Shown piece by piece: positions 57,425 to 64,000 of a stretch of DNA of 64,000 nucleotides (within the stretch, counting starts at the first letter, position 1; every line of letters starts with the position of its first letter). The stretch spans positions 124,001 through 188,000 of IMG/VR virus record IMGVR_UViG_3300049793_000366; one strand, given 5' to 3'. The notes below the pieces were generated by a model. It saw only the letters and a program-made list of their open reading frames with translations. It did no database searches and was not told where the DNA came from. The position numbers and the translations under genes are program-made.

Positions 57425-57502
57425 ACATAAGTCGAAAAAGTAATAAAATAGAGGTATACATTTTAATATATAATTAATAATAAAAAATAAGATAAATCGA
57501 AG

Positions 57503-58189
57503 ATGCTTAGAAAACCAAGCGAGGGAAATAGAAAAATTGATGGGTTTAAGAAATTTACCGAGTTGAAAGGCGGTAAAGCTAAATCTTCTAAAGAGGCTGA
57601 TGAATTTGAAGCTGAAATGGAAGAGCAACCTCTTGATGGTAGTGAGCTTCCTGGTAATCCAAACTTACCAGAAGAAACTTCATACACTCAAGGTAAGAAA
57701 CCTTCTACTAAGAGTCCTAAGAGTATGTCTACTAAGCCAATCCAACCTGAGGAATTCGAAGGTGAAGATGATGACGATGATGACGATGAAGAGTTAAACG
57801 AAGATACCAAAGTTAGAATGATTGGTAAAGTTGCTAAATTCCCTAAAAAGGTAAAAGCATCTAAAGCGTATAACTTCCTTGAGAACGTAAAGATTTCTAA
57901 AAATTCTATTTGGTACATTATGGTTGAGAAACAAGATAATGAACTTCAAATGGTTAAGTATAATTATAAAAAAGGTGTTGATTTAGTTAAGTTTGTTAAC
58001 GAATTAAAGGGCTTTTATATTAGTAAATATGGTAAAATGAATAAAGATTTACCTAAGATACTTGAGAAAATAGAAGTTGATGGTACAGATAAGTATTCAA
58101 CAATTAAAAATATCCCTTTAATCGAGTTGGGTGGTCGAAAGCTTATCGGCATCATCACTGAAGACTTAATTAAGTTATTAAGTAAATAA
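57503..58189 (+). CDS. Acidic low-complexity protein, probable head-internal/scaffold protein
   Basis: FKKFTE, poly-D tract, ELNED; AATATATA 57465-57472. Confidence 0.55.
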   Translation: MLRKPSEGNRKIDGFKKFTELKGGKAKSSKEADEFEAEMEEQPLDGSELPGNPNLPEETSYTQGKKPSTKSPKSMSTKPIQPEEFEGEDDDDDDDEELNEDTKVRMIGKVAKFPKKVKASKAYNFLENVKISKNSIWYIMVEKQDNELQMVKYNYKKGVDLVKFVNELKGFYISKYGKMNKDLPKILEKIEVDGTDKYSTIKNIPLIELGGRKLIGIITEDLIKLLSK

Positions 58190-58193
58190 TTTT

Positions 58194-58218
58194 AAAACCC
58201 TCTATTGAGGGTTTTTTT
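58194..58218 (+). terminator. Intrinsic terminator
   Basis: AAAACCCTC-tatt-GAGGGTTTTTTT. Confidence 0.75.
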
Positions 58219-58239
58219 ATGAAATAAAAGTAACAGAAA

Positions 58240-58503
58240 ATGCAAGAAGTATTAGAGAAAGTAGCAGAAGAAATTAAAAGACCTAAGAGTAGGAGAAGAA
58301 AAAAGGTAGTAAGGCTCATCACACCGGAGTTGATATCTGATATTGAGTCTGAGATAATAAAGATTGATTATTACTTAACTGGTAAATGCATACAGTTGCG
58401 TGGTAAGGGTTATCGTCCAAACGATGCTGATGAAGACCAACCAAAAAGACTCAGGTTAGAATATTTAAGGGAGTTGAGGTTGAGGCTAATGCAATTGTCG
58501 TAA
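58240..58503 (+). CDS. Hypothetical basic protein
   Basis: ORF. Confidence 0.5.
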   Translation: MQEVLEKVAEEIKRPKSRRRKKVVRLITPELISDIESEIIKIDYYLTGKCIQLRGKGYRPNDADEDQPKRLRLEYLRELRLRLMQLS

Positions 58504-58857
58504 TTTATAATCACGTATATTGTCTAATCCAACTATCAATTCATTACCACTATACGTGACACCGTTTGATAGTACAAATGTTGCGTTATCATTATTTGAA
58601 TCTTCATTTAGTGTAAGCTTTGAGTGGCTTATTCGATGGTCAAGTAAACCCTTATCATTATAGAACATTTCAACGGATACCTTGTTGTTACAATTTATAT
58701 TGGTTGCTGACGGGTCAATCATACTTTGTGCAATTTTATCAAAACCATCTGGTAGAGTTAATTCAATTGACATCATGAGGCGTTTGTTTTCTATCGTGAA
58801 TACTTCGCCAGTTTCTTTAACTAAAGCCTGTTCTTTATTTTCCATCGATATAAACAA
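58486..58857 (-). CDS. Hypothetical protein with C-terminal tag
   Basis: Ends NIRDYKLRQLH. Confidence 0.55.
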   Translation of the reverse strand: MFISMENKEQALVKETGEVFTIENKRLMMSIELTLPDGFDKIAQSMIDPSATNINCNNKVSVEMFYNDKGLLDHRISHSKLTLNEDSNNDNATFVLSNGVTYSGNELIVGLDNIRDYKLRQLH

Positions 58858-59059
58858 TTTCTGGGTTATCTTGTGGTTTCCATCTACGTAGTGATACTAT
58901 CTTGTCTGGTTCGTTAAATACACGAGCATCTGAGACTTTATCTGTCCAAATTGGACCATCTGATTTTAGCCCAGCAAAATACATAGCATCTTTATTCATA
59001 ATCCAAAAGTCTCGTTTTGGTTCTGATACTATATTAACTTTTAATTTATACTTAGACAC
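58835..59059 (-). CDS. Hypothetical protein
   Basis: ORF in operon. Confidence 0.5.
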   Translation of the reverse strand: MSKYKLKVNIVSEPKRDFWIMNKDAMYFAGLKSDGPIWTDKVSDARVFNEPDKIVSLRRWKPQDNPEIVYIDGK

Positions 59060-60037
59060 TTATTCAGCGAATGAAAGGTTAAGCTGTTCGATTGATTGTT
59101 TCTCTTCAAGACTAATAATAGCCCTTGCTATCATTTTGTCGCATGATATAACGTGTAACTTGTCGGATTGTTTATTAACAGCTATTGTGTCTGATATAAT
59201 CAATTCAGTTAATACAGAAGAGTTAAGATTCTCGATAGCATTTCCGGATAGAATACCATGTGTAGCAATAGCACGTACTGACCTAGCACCATTTTCCATT
59301 ACCAACTCACTTGCTTTCTTTAAAGTACCTAATGTATCAGCCATATCATCTATGATAACAACATTGCGGTCTTTTACATCAGCACCCATTAATTCCATTG
59401 AATGAATTTCATTTGGTTTAACTCGGCGTTTATTTATCTGAGCGAAGTGTGCTTCTGGGAAATATTTAGCAAAGTCTAATGCTCTTTTTACACCACCTTG
59501 GTCTGGTGACATTATTGTTAGATTTTCAAGAGCAAGTGACTTGATGTAGTTTGTGAAAATTTTACCACCATTTAAGTGAATAACTGGTATGTTGAAGAAT
59601 CCTTGAATTGCAGATGCGTGTAAATCAATTGTGATGATTCGTGTTGCTCCACCTCTTTCATAGGCATCAGCCATAACCCTTGCTCCAATTGATGAACGAA
59701 GGTGGTCTACCTTATCTTGACGTGAGTAACCATAATATGGTGTCACGAGTGTTATTTCTTTAGCACCAGCTCTTTTAGCAGCATCTAATATCAACATAGT
59801 TTCCACGATAGAATCAGAAGAACTTGTTGTTTGTATAATATAGATATCTTTACCACGCACAGACTCATTGAAAGTTGGGAATATCTCACCATCTTTGAAT
59901 TTCTCAATCTTTAAATCACCAAGACCCGTACTTTGTGGTGTCAGTAGACTTGTAGCTTGTTGCGACAATACGATTTTATTAATACTATCAGCGAGTGATT
60001 CGCTTGATGTTCCAGAAAAAATAGTGAATGTGTTCAT
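59060..60037 (-). CDS. prs: Ribose-phosphate pyrophosphokinase (PRPP synthetase)
   Basis: KFKDGE, ESVRG, PYYGYSRQDK, IDLHASAIQGFF, SPDQGG, KRR, VIIDDMADTLGT, ATHGILSG; likely start MNTFTIFSG (60037). Confidence 0.93.
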   Translation of the reverse strand: MNTFTIFSGTSSESLADSINKIVLSQQATSLLTPQSTGLGDLKIEKFKDGEIFPTFNESVRGKDIYIIQTTSSSDSIVETMLILDAAKRAGAKEITLVTPYYGYSRQDKVDHLRSSIGARVMADAYERGGATRIITIDLHASAIQGFFNIPVIHLNGGKIFTNYIKSLALENLTIMSPDQGGVKRALDFAKYFPEAHFAQINKRRVKPNEIHSMELMGADVKDRNVVIIDDMADTLGTLKKASELVMENGARSVRAIATHGILSGNAIENLNSSVLTELIISDTIAVNKQSDKLHVISCDKMIARAIISLEEKQSIEQLNLSFAE

Positions 60038-60047
60038 AATAGTGGTA

Positions 60048-60569
60048 TTAATTTTTTGATGAAATGTTTTCATTTAATAAAGAATTAAGTGTTATATCTC
60101 TATATACAGCTTGTAGTGTTGATTCATATACTTCATCATCATAAATGAATGTATCTGGTTTTATAAATTGTGCTAGCTTTAATCCTCTGTACATAAACCC
60201 ATTTGTAGTTAATTCCGGGTCTTCTTCTGTCAATACGAATGGTATGCTAATTGTGAATGATTCTATGGTTATGTCAGATGGGTATATTGCTGGTAGTGAT
60301 GGAAATCCTGTATTTGAACTGAAAAAGAAATATGATGCTTCTGTGCTTTTTGGTGTTGAAAATATTGTATTGGTGTGTATTGGTGTGTTGTTGAAGCTTA
60401 GTGTGATACTCAGCGGATAACCTTCTGGTGTTTTTATAAATTTAGATTTGAAGTTCTTATCTATTTCTTTAAAAATACCATCTTTGATTACAAGTTCAGT
60501 TAGGTCGATTTCCTCACTGGTTCTGTAAACGTCAATACTTACTGTTTTATAATTATATTTTCTCGTCAC
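60048..60569 (-). CDS. Hypothetical protein with C-terminal tag variant
   Basis: VYRDITLNSLLNE. Confidence 0.55.
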   Translation of the reverse strand: MTRKYNYKTVSIDVYRTSEEIDLTELVIKDGIFKEIDKNFKSKFIKTPEGYPLSITLSFNNTPIHTNTIFSTPKSTEASYFFFSSNTGFPSLPAIYPSDITIESFTISIPFVLTEEDPELTTNGFMYRGLKLAQFIKPDTFIYDDEVYESTLQAVYRDITLNSLLNENISSKN

Positions 60570-60918
60570 TTAGAACTTCATTAAGTTTGTTTCCTCTGTA
60601 AATTGACTTATTTGGTTTAGTCGTTTTATATATCTTATTAAGCCAAGTACCTAAGTCTAAAGCTTGTCTTGAATTATAATAATGTGAAGACCTCTCGCTA
60701 TAAAATTTGCTATGAATATCTTCTTGTTCATGTTCCTCGAAAGAGTCCCACCATACAGGATCTATTAGCATTTTAACCTGAGTACCAAATGTTTTTAATT
60801 GCCTTTTCTTCTCACGTCTTCTCGCTCTATCATTATGATATTGAGAATCTTCGTTGTCTTGCTTTTCTCTCCAACGTTGTACTTGAGGTTCATTTAAATA
60901 TCTGTTATTTTTCATCAT
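60553..60918 (-). CDS. Hypothetical protein with C-terminal tag
   Basis: IYRGNKLNEVLSDEKI. Confidence 0.55.
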   Translation of the reverse strand: MMKNNRYLNEPQVQRWREKQDNEDSQYHNDRARRREKKRQLKTFGTQVKMLIDPVWWDSFEEHEQEDIHSKFYSERSSHYYNSRQALDLGTWLNKIYKTTKPNKSIYRGNKLNEVLSDEKI

Positions 60919-61549
60919 TCAGTTTTGCTTTTTTCCAATTTTTAGTCCAGTGAACATCTGTTTGTACGTGTCCTTTTCTTACCCACTTCATAACACTTGT
61001 TGAAAAATCATCGTTGTGAAATGCGTCAGCTTTTCTTATAACAATACCTTCTCTTTTTCCACCAAGTATAGACTCTTTTTGTGATAACTCTTCTACGGTG
61101 CTTCTGAGTTCTTTCTCATTGGTGATAATACCATTGAAGAGTACGGGTGTTGTCGGAAGGTCTAAAAGAAATGAATATTCTTCAACAGTAGACCATGGTA
61201 CCCATATTTCACCATCGCGTACACCGAACATATAAAAATATGATTTTAGATTTGAATATTCGATAGAGTGTATACCATACATATTCTCACCGAAGATGTA
61301 AGTATCTAAATCTATTGAAAGTTTTATGCGTTGCCATATATCCCACATTGGTCTATCCCAAGCATTTTCGGAGTGAGCGGCATGAGAACGTCCGAATACA
61401 CCGTATCTTTCAAGTGTTGTGTTGGAGCCATCAAGTTTTTCAGTTATGATAACTGGTATATTCAATAGTGAATCTACTGAATGTGAAATACGGTCATCCG
61501 ATGTAGCACCGGGTGAGAACGGTAAGTGGTATGTTCTTGCGTATTTCAT
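60905..61549 (-). CDS. ATP-dependent RNA ligase-family protein
   Basis: KYARTYHLPFSPG, motif I TEKLDGSN, FGEN, FYMFGV, EGIVIR, KWVRKGH; minus-strand TATATTTG 61554-61561. Confidence 0.85.
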   Translation of the reverse strand: MKYARTYHLPFSPGATSDDRISHSVDSLLNIPVIITEKLDGSNTTLERYGVFGRSHAAHSENAWDRPMWDIWQRIKLSIDLDTYIFGENMYGIHSIEYSNLKSYFYMFGVRDGEIWVPWSTVEEYSFLLDLPTTPVLFNGIITNEKELRSTVEELSQKESILGGKREGIVIRKADAFHNDDFSTSVMKWVRKGHVQTDVHWTKNWKKAKLNDEK

Positions 61550-61600
61550 AGAACAAATATACGGAAAAACTATTAATTAACCAAGAATTATGGACAATAA

Positions 61601-61626
61601 AAAAAGACGCAATTAAGCGTCTTTTT
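61601..61626 (-). terminator. Intrinsic terminator
   Basis: AAAAAGACGC-aattaa-GCGTCTTTTT. Confidence 0.65.
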
Positions 61627-61846
61627 CTAATATTTCTGATAATCTTCTATCTCTATCTTCAAGTCTCTCTTCTATTATCCGTAACCTATCCGCTGCATTT
61701 CTATCCATAATTTCATACCAAGTGCCTGATTTATAGCTCATTACACGCTCTGATTTTATATCAAAGTAACAATCACCGTCCACTGGATTCGTGGGTTGTG
61801 ATTGGTGGAATGTAACATCCACGAGTGTATAATCACTAATAGACAT
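61613..61846 (-). CDS. Hypothetical protein with C-terminal tag
   Basis: Ends EDRDRRLSEILEKDA. Confidence 0.55.
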   Translation of the reverse strand: MSISDYTLVDVTFHQSQPTNPVDGDCYFDIKSERVMSYKSGTWYEIMDRNAADRLRIIEERLEDRDRRLSEILEKDA

Positions 61847-62495
61847 TTCCTAATCCACCGCTTTGTGGACCTCCTGTTTGCTTTGGTGTGTCCATTTGAA
61901 TTACAGCACGAGGTTCTGGTTTAAGTTCAACTGTGCCTGTTTCTTCATCCCATTTAACATCAGCCTTGTAGTCATTTATGATGGTTTGAACATCATCAGT
62001 TTGTGTGCTTTCATCAGTGCTTTCATTATTGTAGATGATTTCACCTAATGATGCTGGTGAATAGTTTATAGACTTTAATACTTTGTTGTCTTTGGTTCTG
62101 AATACAATGAATCTACCTTCTGATTCTTCTATGTGTGCTTCAGTGTTATCCTTCTGTTTATAAAACTCAACTGTTTTTTGTGCTTCTTCTCGTGTCTCAC
62201 AAGATTTGCTCATGTTGCTTCTGTGTACTTCATCGGATAATGCTGGGAATTTATTACCTAATCCAAATTCTAATACAGCACCGCTTAAAACATATTGTAA
62301 GTCAGCTAAGGCATCTGCAATTTCGATGATGTTGTAGTTATTAATTGCTTCTTTTAACTCATCTAATTCTTCTTGTAAAAGACTAACACGTAAGTCACAT
62401 CTGTCCTGTGGTGGTATTTGTGGTGTATCTAAGATTGGAGCCTTGTTCGTCTTATGAAACTCAGCTACCTGATTGAGTGTGTCTAATTTATCCAT
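61836..62495 (-). CDS. MazG-like/PRA-PH-family NTP pyrophosphohydrolase
   Basis: VAEFH, LRVSLLQEELDEL, EIADALADLQYV, EVHRSNMSK, KVLKS..Y. Confidence 0.85.
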   Translation of the reverse strand: MDKLDTLNQVAEFHKTNKAPILDTPQIPPQDRCDLRVSLLQEELDELKEAINNYNIIEIADALADLQYVLSGAVLEFGLGNKFPALSDEVHRSNMSKSCETREEAQKTVEFYKQKDNTEAHIEESEGRFIVFRTKDNKVLKSINYSPASLGEIIYNNESTDESTQTDDVQTIINDYKADVKWDEETGTVELKPEPRAVIQMDTPKQTGGPQSGGLGNVY

Positions 62496-62549
62496 TTCTA
62501 TTTATTGATTTTAATATATAATATCACAAAAATTCAATAAAGTTTACTT

Positions 62550-63638
62550 ATGTCTAAATATATCAGAAGCTTCGAAAACCACAGACTTTCTTCAATAGAA
62601 GATAGAGCTATTGATAAATTTATCAATGAAGGTTGGTTAGATGACCAAATGAAAACAGCATCAGCAGCTATAAAAGGATATTTGGGACAAATTACTGCTC
62701 CTTTCAAGAGTGTTATTAAAGATATTAGAAAGGGTATGGATAATGAGAAGATAAAAACTTCATTATCAAACTCACTTGACAACGCATTTAAGAATGCTAA
62801 TAAGTCAGTGGATGCTATTAAAGACGAAGCAGATTTAGCTAAGATTGTACCAGACTTTCAGGGTGTTGTTTCTCAATTAGCACAACAATTGGAGAAAGAG
62901 ATAGCAACAGTAAAAGAATCTAAATTATTTGAAGCAAATGCTCAGGATTCATTAATTGGCGCGAAGGTTATACTTAATATGGTTACTGATAAAATGACCA
63001 AGTTGAAGCAAAATTTTGACCAGCAAGTTGCAAAGGCTAAAGATTTAGCTACTAAGAAAGCGGCTGTTAAGAAAGAGCTTAATAATATGTACACTCAATT
63101 ACAAAATGATATTAAGTCGATTGATATTGATGCACTGGTTAAGGAATATAAAGAGAAGAATAAGATAGAAGGAAATAAGAATGGTATAATTTTGGACTGG
63201 GGTGATGTTGAGATTACATTACAAAGTATGGAAGGTGAAACTAATCCATCTGGTCAGAAATTTGAAATTGGTTATTATAAAGTAGTTAAAACGGGGTCTA
63301 AGAAAATATTAGAAAATGACGTTGTTAAGATAACTGGTATTGTTAAGAAGGGTGATAAAGCTAAGTTTACCGAAGTACTAAGAGGTAACAAGCCATTTAA
63401 GATTGATAATAAAGACTTCTATGAAACTGGTAATATTGAAAGACTTGTAGTTGATGATAAAGAAGTTACGGAACATAACTTTGGTGGTGAGAATCAAGAT
63501 CCAAACTCTGACTTGAAATCTAAATTAGCGAAGATTAAAGGTGATGCTGATAAAATGGATGTAGTTAATAATTTAGTTGATAATCTTGACAATCCTGATA
63601 AGATGAAACAAGTCGCAGAAATTTTAGATAAAGGATAA
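62550..63638 (+). CDS. Hypothetical protein with capsid-targeting-like N-terminus
   Basis: MSKYIRSFEN...FINEG, KLFEA; AATATATA 62513-62520. Confidence 0.65.
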   Translation: MSKYIRSFENHRLSSIEDRAIDKFINEGWLDDQMKTASAAIKGYLGQITAPFKSVIKDIRKGMDNEKIKTSLSNSLDNAFKNANKSVDAIKDEADLAKIVPDFQGVVSQLAQQLEKEIATVKESKLFEANAQDSLIGAKVILNMVTDKMTKLKQNFDQQVAKAKDLATKKAAVKKELNNMYTQLQNDIKSIDIDALVKEYKEKNKIEGNKNGIILDWGDVEITLQSMEGETNPSGQKFEIGYYKVVKTGSKKILENDVVKITGIVKKGDKAKFTEVLRGNKPFKIDNKDFYETGNIERLVVDDKEVTEHNFGGENQDPNSDLKSKLAKIKGDADKMDVVNNLVDNLDNPDKMKQVAEILDKG

Positions 63639-63898
63639 TGATTAAGCAAATTAAAAAAGTAATTAGTGAGCTTGAATTGAAATCAAATGAAAGCTTTAGT
63701 GCCTTTTCTGACTACATTGAGAATATGAGAGAGAAGGGTAATTTTGAATTACTTAACAACGCTGTTTCGCGTAAGTTTGGATTTGACTATTATAGTTATA
63801 AAGGTATAACTATTGCTGACTATAAGAAAATTGTTTATAATGGATTTAAGAATAATGGTAGACTTGGTATAGAATCCGTTATTAGAAAAGCTATTTAA
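63638..63898 (+). CDS. Hypothetical protein
   Basis: Coupled start/stop. Confidence 0.5.
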   Translation: MIKQIKKVISELELKSNESFSAFSDYIENMREKGNFELLNNAVSRKFGFDYYSYKGITIADYKKIVYNGFKNNGRLGIESVIRKAI

Positions 63899-64000
63899 TA
63901 CCAAGAGTGTTCCGGATTCTCTTCGAATATAGAATCTAAATAATTCTCAATAACACTACTCATATCTTTTGTTTTATACATTTCAGCAGGACCTTCTGGT
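63895..64000 (-). CDS. 3' end of a gene entering from beyond the window
   Basis: ...PEGPAEMYKTKDMSSVIENYLDSIFEENPEHSWY* open frame. Confidence 0.45.
   Translation of the reverse strand, partial: PEGPAEMYKTKDMSSVIENYLDSIFEENPEHSWY

Noticed and set aside
57760-57795. GAT/GAC trinucleotide-like repeat
   Set aside because: Encodes a poly-Asp tract in an acidic protein; no sign of a regulatory repeat.
47147-60037. Calling the NAD genes NARP1 (Adps/Namat) or NARP2 (NAMPT/NMNAT)
   Set aside because: The PRTase has PncB-type motifs (GTFAHE, LTDTFG) and comes with PncA and NadE, which only make sense for the deamidated route; Prs looks canonical.
1-64000. Genome-wide TAG reassignment (genetic code 15)
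   Set aside because: Long genes are uninterrupted in code 11, and TAG ends several genes at natural lengths (SLT, smpB, 29398 ORF); only two in-frame ambers were found.
1-64000. CRISPR array, integrase/transposase, rRNA
   Set aside because: No regularly spaced direct repeats or recognisable motifs were seen.
1-64000. Cellular (Bacteroidota or CPR) chromosome origin
   Set aside because: Housekeeping-like genes are isolated and atypical (mini-LeuRS, rnpA without its usual rpmH/yidC neighbours) among many tiny ORFans and T4-like baseplate/fibre genes; a jumbo phage fits better, although no capsid or terminase gene is in this window.

Overview
AT-rich, gene-dense segment of a very large (jumbo/huge) tailed phage with T4-like virion features, inferred to infect a Bacteroidota host (about 11 TTTG-N19-20-TAnnTTTG-type promoters, Hc1-like and Bacteroidota-type lipoprotein genes, A-rich translation starts without Shine-Dalgarno motifs). 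It holds virion/late genes (gp6-like baseplate wedge, tail-fibre-like protein, several >1000 aa proteins, many small proteins with a T4 capsid-targeting-like N-terminus) preceded by an AATATATA motif, and early/accessory blocks. Highlights: (1) a complete phage-encoded deamidating NAD+ salvage set (pncA, pncB, nadD, nadE, a Nudix hydrolase, prs) distinct from NARP1/NARP2; (2) a 421-aa minimal LeuRS lacking the CP1 editing domain, controlled by a Leu4 leader-peptide attenuator; (3) two adjacent genes (Pth2-like, HD-domain) each with an in-frame amber codon just after the start; (4) a 186-nt tRNA-shaped RNA whose anticodon loop is replaced by a branched ~120-nt insert; (5) about 17 unrelated accessory proteins sharing a C-terminal R-x-x-K-[LI]-x-x-[LI]-L tag; (6) a translation/stress toolkit (bS1, SmpB, RnpA, ppGpp hydrolase-like, MazG-like, Pnk/phosphatase/RNA ligase). 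All calls come from motif recognition by eye; no database searches were run.
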